From Atractiella rhizophila (Eukaryota): DNA of 64,000 nt. The notes beneath the pieces were generated by a model. The model had not been told where the DNA came from. It was given only the letters and a program-made list of their open reading frames with translations, and searched no databases. Numbering within the stretch: the first letter of the stretch is position 1; each line of letters opens with the position of its first letter. Below, in pieces: positions 53,919 through 64,000 of the stretch. The position numbers and the translations under genes are program-made. Location of the stretch: assembly GCA_021432655.1 (NCBI GenBank), contig MU271259.1:44155-108154 (forward strand). Direction: 5' to 3'.

Positions 53919-55153
53919 TCAAAAAGTCTCTTCTTCGTCTGCAACCTGATCACCTTCCGGAACCTCGAATCCTTCCTGCAGGTACATTCACCATCAACGA
54001 TATAATCTGTGGGGGTGTAATTAGAGGAGAAGACGGACCTCTGTACTGTAAAGGATGGCTTGGACGGATTTCAGGAATGTTTCCTCCTCCGCCGAGACAC
54101 CTGCAGCTTCTAGTCGAGCACCAACCGAAATCTCAATATCTCGCAGCTAAAATCCAGCCACATCAGCCTACTGCGAATTCAGGAGGAGGAAGATGATACT
54201 TTGTTAAAGTAGAAATCCCTCTCCTTCTCCAAGCCCTCCACATTGAGTTTCATCTCACTCATCTGATTTGTCAAGACCTGCAATGTCTCCGTTGAGACAC
54301 CGGAGGAAGTACCAGCTTTCGTCGATCCTGCATAGGTATGAGTCCAAGTCCATCAATCTGTTACTTAGAATGGGACACACCAACGCCACGCTTAGCAGCC
54401 ATCTTCGTACCTGTCCCTGCCGAACCAGTAGGTGATTTGGTGTGGACCGACCGCGAGAGTCCAGCGGATCCAGCTGCATCGTTGCGATCAGAAATCCTTC
54501 CAGAATCGATATGGCTGGCGCACCGTCCAAAGTTTGGCCTTTTCGACGGGACATCGGGTCATATTCGCCGCCCGGGAAGTGCATATCCCAGAATTTCTTA
54601 ATCCACTGACAAAATTCAAGATTGTCTCTGTGATTTCGTCAGATAATAATACGTGAGGAAAGGGATCACGTACTGCATCTTGCATTTCATGAGTTTTTCG
54701 ACAGGAATTGGCTAAAGAGGCAAAAAAAGCTCAGCTCATCAGGGTTTTCATACTCTTCGAATGCTACCACTGCCCATCTGAGATTACGCCCAATGGTCCA
54801 CGTGGATATCGTCACACCACAACATTCAAGTGCTCTTTCGCCTCGCTGACCAGTCAATATAAGAGTGTACACACCTTGTCGATTTTATGCTTTCTAAACG
54901 CTTCCTGCAGTTGCTTATAATTCTGAATGTACTCATACTCTTGCTTTGCGTTGAACTTGACTTTGCTCAAAGGTAGGTCTTGGAATATGGAATCGATGAT
55001 CTGAACGTAGGCGGCACCTTTACCGCGAGAAATTATTCAGACGACTCGATGGCACAATCGCGGCGTACCAGTTCCCAACTGCTCAATTTTGGTGACCCCT
55101 AAATCCAAAAGGTCATTAACCCATGCTATGAGTTCAGTTCTTGATTCTCCCAT
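53919..55153 (-). CDS. BIM1: Microtubule end-binding protein EB1
   Basis: MGESRTELIAWVNDLL, IEQLGTG|AAYVQIIDSIF, CKMQ|DNLEFCQWIKKFWD, GLEKERDFYFNK|LRDIEI, C-terminal EEETF*. Confidence 0.96.
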
Positions 55154-55306
55154 CGCGTAGAATGCTCAAATGGCGCGTAGAGTTGAGGGAGGAGATGGAA
55201 GTTGTTGCTGATGATCAAGTTTTGGGTTCCGAACAGCCGCCCGCCAGGCTGAGTGAAGTCTTTCGGCGCGCTTTCCAGTCTTGAAGTTTTGCTGGCTATT
55301 GTCAGA

Positions 55307-56365
55307 ATGGAATCAGAAGTGGCCGAGATTCAGCTTATACGAGCTTCCGTCCCTTCTGCAGAAGAGTTCTGGTGGTCGGAAGCAATGGATTCGACGCAAG
55401 TTGCAATGTGGCAGGCATGCATGTCTCTGCTTTGATAATTTAGCTAATGTTGCTCCAGAAAGCGACTTCACCTGATGGAGACGGTGATTACGACGAAAAT
55501 GCTCTCGGAATTCCATCGTTCAAGATATTACTGAGCTCCAAATCTGCAATCTATCTGCGAGTCAATGGATATCGCATGCGTCCATTCTCCCTGGAATCTT
55601 CGATTTCTGGGAACGAAATTGGTCGAGAAGATCAAAGAAAACTTGGTTATTTCCTGCAGGATCTGGTTGCAGAAGCAAAGAGCGAAATCTGTGCTCTCTT
55701 CCTCAACGCAAGAGGATCCAACTTATTGTTGTGCTAGCAGAGTCCTCCTTTCCCCTTTTTGACATTATAATGCGCCTAAGAGAGTATCTGAGTGATAATC
55801 CAATTATTCCAACTACTGAAAGCGCTCCATCTATCACCGCTTCAGCTTCAACATTTACTCCTCTGGCTGAAATCAACAGGTCAAAATTGGTTCTCTTTTG
55901 GTCCCATCATCTTCTCGCAACTTCGAAGCGCAAGTCAATAGTTGATTGGTGCGATGAGCTAGGTCTTTGGGGTGTTGCAAAGCCAGGGTGCGTGGACGTG
56001 GCATTTCTCATGTTTGGCCTAACTCAAGTTAGCTGTAAGCAGGTATCCTGGTGTGATTCTTGTGGAAGGGAAACGTGATGTGTTAGTTGATGAATTCGTG
56101 AACCGAATAAAAGTCCGCCTGTTTCCCTCTGTTATTCCGACAATGATAATAATTGAATACTGTAAAGAGACTTCAATGGAAGGCCTTACAAGTCCGATGT
56201 GAGGAACACGATCGCAGTACCCGACTCGCAGACGAAGTCAAGGCGAGAACACCAACGGAAAGACCGCGCTCTATCGAAGTTGAAACTATGGGGGAGATGG
56301 CGGAGTTGATGAAGAGAGCCCAGCTTGAAGATGTATTCCTAACTGCAATGAAGCTGTCAAAGTAA
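55307..56365 (+). CDS. RWDD2/DUF1115-family protein
   Basis: LFWSHHLLATSKRKSIVDWCDELGLWGVAKPG|YPGVILVEG...EFVNRIK|RLQWKALQVR. Confidence 0.82.
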
Positions 56366-56574
56366 CTTTTTGACTAGTCTACGTCTCATGTGATTAGGTT
56401 CCTTCAGAGCACACCACTTTCTTGCGACTCTGTTCGTTTCAGACAGGGACGGTCATAGGAAACGAACGAGGAGATCTAATTGCAATCGCTGACAATAATG
56501 TTGACAAGCAATGCAAGAACCTTCGCAAAAGGAAAGGTGAAGACATCTCTACGAGCTAAATCAGGATGCAAAGG

Positions 56575-59500
56575 TTAATCCGCTCCGTCCTGTACCAGAA
56601 GAGACTTCATTACTTGGACAACCGAAGTCTCCGAAATGTCTGGTCGTTATTAAGCAAAGGGCGACGGGGAGTAGAGACAGGCTCACCGTTAATCGAACCG
56701 TATTCGAATCGGTCTCGTAATTCTGCATCAAGCAATTTCCTACATTCACGTAAGACTGAGATGGCGTCTGTTACGCGACTTACCGCAGTTGATTAACCAG
56801 TACACCGATTCGACTCCAGGCGCTAATTTGACATATTTTATTCGCGATTCTTTCTGAACGGAAGAGAAATTACCGGAAGCGAATAAAATCGTCTCTTTCA
56901 TTCTTTCCTGTTACAACGAGACCACCGCCGGTGATGTCCACCCTCCTCAATTTGCCGCCGAACAAGAGGACTCCATAAGTAGGTACCTACAGAACCTCAA
57001 TGGGTCGTATTGGCAAAGGTGAGGATACACACCTCTGTCCCATCTCTCAGGAAAGGTTTCGTTGTCACGGACTTGGAAAAATATGTCAAGAAGGGTGATC
57101 CGTAGTTGACGAAACTGAACATTGTCGAAGCGGGGTGGAGGAAAACGCGTTCTGATCTTGCGCTCAGACAGAGTTGGGCATCAATCGGCTGCTCACCTTC
57201 GCGCTCGAACACTTTTACTTCACGACTCTCCATTTCTTTGGCTAAGTTGCCGCCCGCGCTCTTTTCGAATTTTAGATTAGGTAGCTTTACTTTGCAGAGC
57301 TTCATGAATCCTGCAAGTTTGTCAGTATCTGAAATATAAAGATTATGATCACAGGAGAAAATTCTCACCAAGACCTGCAAAGATAATACTTTTCAACAAG
57401 TTCTCCTCTGCAGATGCAATTGATTTGGTTGAACTAGAACCCTTCAATGGTGAGTTAGAAATATTTTCAAATGCTTGCAGAAACTCCTGGCGAAGAGTTC
57501 CAATGTCGCGTATGGCTGAAATTGAGATAAAATTCTGCGCACAGGTAGCCGCATCAGCCGAAGTATCGTAAGGCGGTGAAAAGAGTCCAACCTCATCACA
57601 GAACCGACGCATGCCGGCCATTCCTGCTTCCCTACGTATTCGCATCGCTTCATTATAAGCCTGCACGTCAGTCAAGAGGTCACTATTTCCTCTGAAAAAC
57701 TTCATCCGCGCGCTGCAAGGATGTCAGTATTCACAATGAAAAGACGGGGGGACTCACGCTTTGGCTTCATCTCGAGCCTCCATAGGGTTGTTAAACAGCG
57801 GCTTGTTCGACAAAATTGCCGCAACGGTGAGGATCTAGCCCCCCTTTCGGTTTCAGATAGCTTTCAATGGAAGTGTTTCGACGAACAGGATCGAGACAAC
57901 CAAATATCGAAGCGAGCAGCAGCATCTGATCCCAGTCTGAGGCATGTCACCAAATGGGCAATATGGGACACGTACCTTTCCAAGTCTCAAATCAACGGGA
58001 AGCAAGGCAAGATAAGTCCCCATCGGCGTCAACCGTGCGCTCATCCCGCCATCCTCGACAGCACCGACTAGCTCAAGGGTCTCCCAAGCAACATCAATAG
58101 CTTTTGCCTCAGGAGGGTCAAGAACCAGCGACAGATATTCTTTGACATCCACGTCTTCCCGCATGGATTTTATTTGCAAACAAAGATTCTCGAGAGGCAT
58201 CCTCAAAATTTCGGGTATCGATTGTGGAAGCATGACAGTTTCGGCTGTCCAGTGTGAGAAGAGCTTGTAACACACCCCCGGTTGGGTCCGTCCAGCCCGT
58301 CCGCGACGCTGTTTTGAAGCGGCAAGTGAAGTCCAACCTTCCACGAGCCTTGTTACGCTGCTGTTAGGATCGAACTTCGTCTCCTTCACACGACCCGTGT
58401 CAACAACGTAGACAATATCGTCGATCGCTGTGCAAGAGAGTCAGTTTCTGGTGCGCAAATCTATCAGTTCTTCACTTATTGATGTCTCCGCTATATTGGT
58501 TGCGCATACAATCTTAACACAACCAGGAGGCAAAGATTTAAAGACCTCTACTTGCTCAGCGCTTGAAAGATTCGAATGAAGTGGAAAAACTCTATAGTTG
58601 CGATTTCCGAGTCGAGACTTGATTGTATCTATCGCCATTTTGATTTCGGCGACTCCTGGCAGGAAGCAGAGGATCCCGCCAGTTCTAGTGTCCTCTTTCG
58701 ACGTCTGTTGAGAGACAATGTGATGAACAAGGCTCCCAAGCAATTCGTAATCCGTCTTCTCGTAGCGCACCAGGTTCTCTAAAACGTTCAGGGCTTTCAC
58801 ATCTTCTATGCCGTGTCGTTGAAAGCTCGAGCGCATTCTTTCGATTTCCGGTTGCGACAATTTGCTGGCTGGTTTCGCAGAAGTGTGATGATAAGAAGTG
58901 ATGCGAATAACATCTTCTAAGTGGAAATCTTGTACCGGGTGTGTGAATCCTGAGCGCTAATCAGGTAGTTTTATGGCATGAGACAGCAGCCATACCAGGA
59001 ATAGTAATGCAAGGAGCGCCACCAAAGTAGTCAGAAAAGAACTGCTGATTAATAGTCGCGGACATCTGCATGAAAAAATCAGGGAATGACCTTAGTGATA
59101 AGGAGTGATGGTAAGGAGGTACCAGAATGATTTTGAGTTTGCTGTTCCGTTTCAACATTTCTCGCAATTCAAGCAACAAGAAATCTGAGTCCGTGGATCT
59201 GTATTTTTTGTGTCAAGAAGGAACTAAGAGTGGCAATGACCGGACCTCTCATGAACTTCGTCGACAAACACATGGCTGACACCGTCCAAGTTGATATCAC
59301 CTCCTCTTCCGAGCCTAGCGAGTAAGACACCAGTTGTACAGAACAATAATCGACACCCTTTCCCTGATTTCTTCTCACCTCGGATACTGTATCCCACGAG
59401 AGAGGAGTGGGAAATGCGGTTGATGTCTTCGTCAAGCTCTTGAGCTACCCTAGTGGCCACACCTAAGGCGAATGAGAGAGCTGGCGCTGAGACCAGAGGA

Positions 59501-61693
59501 ACGTACCAATAGCAGACACTCTACGAGGTTGTGTACAGATCATAGATGTTGCGGCACCCTGATTCGAAAGAATCGCGTTCTCCAAGATGTAAGAGGGAAC
59601 CTAGTAGCTGTTAGCGATGTTCAGACAAAATCATGCTGAGTTACTTGGGTGGTTTTGCCCGAGCCAGTATCACCTGCAATGATAACTACTCGGTTTTTCA
59701 GGACAGCCTCAATAATTTCCTGCTTCGTCTTCCACGCCGGAAGCTTTTTGCGCACATCGAGCATTTTCAACCAAGCTGATCGCCCCTTCCTCTCACTCCA
59801 ATCCCTAAGCAGTCTAGTACTCTCTGCTCCAACATCTTCAACCGTTTCGAACTCTTTCTTCCATCTTCGTTGAGATTTCCTCTCTCCTCCATTGACGCTG
59901 CGGGACGTAGGGAGGAATGAAAATTTTTTCTGTCCGTAAAAGGGTTCAAAGACTTTTCGTGCATCGATCGGAGGATAAGCTATGACGGAATCCACGATGG
60001 TGTCAAGGGTATCTACTAGTTCAGTGATTATTCCTCCTTGCCCCAGCGCGATGATATCTCTAAACGACTCATCCTCGTTGAGTTTTCGCAGGAGAATAAA
60101 GGTGATGTGGACCTTGATGTAAGCGGGAAGAGAGGAGGAATATACGTAGAAAGACGGTGAGACATTCGGTGCAGGATAATTGGTATGGAAGATGCGAAGT
60201 GAGATATCGTCCTTCCCACGAAGTTTCTTCTTCCCTATTGGAGACTTGATGATGATTTCGAACACGTCCGATTCGTTCTCTATGACCCGATCATCCGCTA
60301 GAAGGCTCTTAACGATCTCCCTTTCGCCTTCCCACAGTGCGTCCTCCACTTTTTCCTCCCCTCCCAACTCCTCCGTCGCAACCATCATCCTGCCCAGCCT
60401 AGCGTATGCGAGACCTTCTAATTCCGGCACTTCCGCTTCATCCCTCGCCAATGACAGATCTTTCAGTACGCTCTCTATGACGTCGATAGGGAATCCAGAC
60501 TCTTTGTTCATGCGATCCGCCAGCCATCCAAGGGCCAACGCTTTCGCGTCACCGGATTGAAATAGCCTGACTTTGTTCTCCGTTGGTCGATGAGCTCTGA
60601 AAGCGACAGGAAGGTCCTCTTCTGGAACGTGCGTTTGGAGGTGGACTAGTGCTGCTTCCCGCATCGCCTTTTGGTCTTGACTTTCTCTTTTAGCAGATTG
60701 AATAGCAGCATCTACTTGACCTGCAACACACAATAAGCTTTGTCTCCTTGTTAAATGTTGAAGCAATTCTCGCCTAACCGAAATCCCATGCCCAGCAACT
60801 CGTTTGATAACTGCGTCGTCTCGTTACTCTTTTCCTCTCCATCATCCTCCAGCTCGTCGTCTACTTCGTCCCCAATCCTCTCCCTTTCACGACTAATGAG
60901 TTCCTCCACCATATCCCTCAACCCAGGTGACATATGGACAACCGGCGCATCTTCCCACCGTTTCGGCAGCGGTTTCTCTCGCTGAGGTCCTGATGTACCT
61001 TCAGTCTGAGATTGAGGTGTCCCGGAAGTTTGGGAAGGCTTTGCAGCATTGGCACTGGCTGCTGCAAAAGGATCCGTAGACCAAAGCCATTCGAGGTGTT
61101 TCGGAGTTGTCTTCTTTTCTGCTTCGAGCAAGGCCCAATAAGGTCGACAGACTGGAGGAAGCGTCAGAGAGAGTCGTAGATTGTTGGCGAAGCGGAATAG
61201 TGCATAAATCTGTTCCAACATCTCAACCCTGGAAATTGTGGAAGCAAGAACATACGGCACCCCAATGACGAGCTTCTAGAGCGGTTTCTTTCTCTATCTA
61301 CTCAGGAAATAAATAATGTGATTAGCTCGACCTGCAGGAAACTCGCACTCTAATAGGGGACTCTCCTCCAGGCGGCCGCAAAACCACTTCTTCCAAATTC
61401 TTCGTCTTAGGATTCATCTTTCGAAGAGTCACAACTGCTGTGAACCCCTTCCCTCCAGGCAGTCGCTTTGAATCTACAACGGCGGACTGCCAACCCTGCT
61501 TTTGACATCTTTCCTACGTCGTAGCAAATTAGGCTCCATTTCAGTATTCCAGTAAGTATATGGATTGATTTACGTTGAGCAAGGACATAGGAGTCTTGTA
61601 ACCAGCCGGGAAGAGTCGAGCAGGAGATGGAGCCGTTGAAGACTCTGCTGCTGCTGATGCTGGCTCTGGGCCGTTTTTCGACGGTTTGACCAT
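56575..61693 (-). CDS. DExH-box RNA helicase, DHX57/Ucp12/YLR419W-like
   Basis: KTPMSLLN|ERCQKQGW, GDTGSGKTTQ, CTQPRRVSA, DEVHER, MSAT, ATNIAETSI, QRRGRAGR, HA2 LTPMG..LALLPVD.RLGK, OB-fold VFLHPAS. Confidence 0.93.
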
Positions 61694-62032
61694 GTTTGAA
61701 ATGCGTGTCAGTTGTTGAATCGATTATTTCGACGTCAGTGCAATCTGTTCAGCAGCTTCTGCGATTGAGCTCAAGGAAATCAACAACGGAAATTTGTGTT
61801 GCATTCTATCTCGCAATCTCGAGTCAAGCAGTTGTAGTTCCCATTGTAGTTTTGCTGCTGCTGCCTGGACTAAGCTTTTATCTTCTCGGCTACCCCGGAT
61901 TCTTTGCTCAGCCGGATGTCCCGCGGGAGAACTTGATCGAGAGAGCATAAAACATTCTCCCTTTCATTCTCAAGTTCTCTCTTCCACCACTTACCACCAT
62001 CCCTCCTCACAAGCAGAATAACACCATAAAAC

Positions 62033-63747
62033 ATGTCTGGGCTCTCGAATTTTGTATCCTCAGTCACTGGCTTGGGCTCACCTGTCGCGAAATTGACGGC
62101 AAAAAACAAAGATGATGGTATGCAGTCTCAGCATTTTCGGCAAGCCACTCTGCTGACATAGAGTAACAGTGGTCATTACAATGGCTCTGAGATCCCCTCT
62201 TTGCAAAGCGAAGAAGGGAGGATTTAAGGATATGGCTGGTGAAGAGCTCCTAGCCTCTTTCTTTGAGGCCATTATTCCCAAGCTTGGTGTCGCCACTGAA
62301 TTAGTTGAAGATATTGTGGTCGGTGAGTATCCTGCTCTCTATCGTGGTAGTTTCCTTACAGACTGTGTGAAGGAACCGTACTGCCCCCTGGTGCGACTTA
62401 TAGGGCTAGAGCAGCTATGCTAAGCGGTCAGTCGTTTCGCTTTGAGAATTTGCGGATCATTTCATTGAATTTTTTTCATTCTTTTGCGCAGCTGGATGGC
62501 CGGAGACGACTGGAGTGCAAACCATCAACCGATTTTGCAGCTCTGGATTGATGGCAGTGAGCAGCATTTCCAATGCCATCAGGAATGACGAAATTGAAGT
62601 GTGAGCTCTCTTCTTTCACCTGAACGACATGATGGAGCTTAGAAGCTTGTCAGCGGTCTGGCAGTTGGATTCGAGAGCATGAGCGCTTTTCCGGATAGGG
62701 GAGCGAGCGAAATGAGCAAGGATGTGCTCCAACATCAACTTGCCAAAGACGCTGCAATGGTGCGTGCTTCTTCCTGCACATATCCTGATCCTTACCGCAA
62801 TATCGTAGCCTATGGGTTGGACATCAGAGAACGTCGCAGGAGATTTCAAGATTACGCGTCGAAGAATGGATGAGCTAGCGGCGCTTTCTTACCAGCGTGC
62901 AGAGAAGGCACAAAAGGAGGGCATCTTCGACGCCGAAATTGTTCCCGTTCAAGCATACACCAAAGATGCTGGTTCGTATCCTTTGCACTACAAACCGATT
63001 TACATACTGACTCTCCAAGATAGATGGCAACAAGAAAAGCACGTTGGTTACGAAGGATGACGGCATCCGTTACGGAACTACGGTTGAGTCTCTCTTGAAG
63101 ATTCGACCCGCCTTCCCCCAGTGGGCACCTGCGCAAACTACCGGCGGAAACGCCTCCCAGTTGACAGATGGAGCTGCAGCTGTCCTGATGATGAAACGAT
63201 CCAAGGCTGAAGCATTAGGCCTCCCCATTCTGGCCAAGCACGTTGCTACTTCAACAGTGGGATTGAGCCCTAGGATCATGGGTATTGGACCAAGCGTGGC
63301 TATCCCTAAGGTGCTGAAGAGGACAGGGTTGAAGATGGAAGACATCGATTTATTCGAGGTTAACGAAGCTTTCACGAGTATGGTGAGGGTTTAAGCCCCA
63401 GGCTGAACGATTAACTTAATCGGGAGCTCAGTATGCCTACATGGTTGACATTTTTGGATGTCCATTGGAAAAGAGTGCGTCCGCGACCTTTGTCTTCTTA
63501 CTTTTCGGCTCATTCTGAATAGCCAACGTGAACGGCGGTGCAACCGCTCTGGGACACCCTTTGGGGACAACCGGAGCTAGACAAGTCGCGACTGGTTTGA
63601 ACGAGATCCGAAGGAGGAAAGGCAAGATTCTTTGCACAAGCATGTGTATTGGAACTGGGTAACCTCTCGTTTCTTTAACTGACATCGAATTCTGACATCT
63701 TTTTCTGCAGCATGGGAGCAGCAGCCATATTCGTTGCTGAATATTAG
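62033..63747 (+). CDS. POT1: 3-ketoacyl-CoA thiolase (POT1/FOX3 type)
   Basis: [64 protein letters not shown]. Confidence 0.9.
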
Positions 63748-64000
63748 GTGTTGACTTGACTAGTTGTTTCTTCTGATCAAACGTCCGCAACGCGTTTTCG
63801 TGAAATGAAGTTGCTTGAAAACAAAATTTTGTCGCCACCGCATTGCCCTGTAATGGCAAACAGACTGCGAAACACGTGACTTTCTCGCATCCCTCCTTGC
63901 TGGAGTATGCCGCAACCTGCAGTTTAGCAAATCTACAAATCGGTACCCTTTCTGTGGAAATCGCGACGGAGCACGATCCGGAGGATGTTTGATCCAGCTC

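Noticed and set aside
63745..63760. Cryptic PTS1 by stop-codon readthrough on the thiolase or other genes
   Set aside because: No TGA-CTA context or SKL-like extension after the stops inspected.

Overview
Gene-dense, intron-rich (mostly 45-60 nt introns) eukaryotic DNA from a basidiomycete fungus. Pucciniomycotina is a guess from gene style, not shown. About 24 spliced protein-coding genes were reconstructed by hand: a DUF6534-like membrane protein, a peroxisomal alpha/beta-hydrolase, AFG3/YTA12-type m-AAA protease, SEC9, a beta-TrCP/FWD-1-like F-box WD40 protein, RMP1-like, VPS13, FEX1, a CTK2/cyclin-K-like cyclin, mitochondrial uL4, RPL15, ARP1, an Rdx-family protein, EB1/BIM1, a DUF1115/RWDD2 protein, a DHX57/Ucp12-like helicase, a 3-ketoacyl-CoA thiolase, and several orphans. 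The first 5.4 kb holds two overlapping tandem duplications (~1.59 kb and 1.15 kb). They hide a micro-exon gene whose copies differ only synonymously in the exons checked, most likely two haplotypes unrolled by the assembler. Other oddities: two start codons split by an intron (AT|G), four long introns with internal RNA stems, two apparent single-base frameshifts at homopolymers in conserved genes, a GC-AG intron, a recurrent CACGTGACTTT promoter motif and CpG-depleted patches. No rRNA, tRNA, CRISPR or intact transposon was found, and I cannot support a claim of a novel multi-gene system. Exon boundaries are manual predictions.
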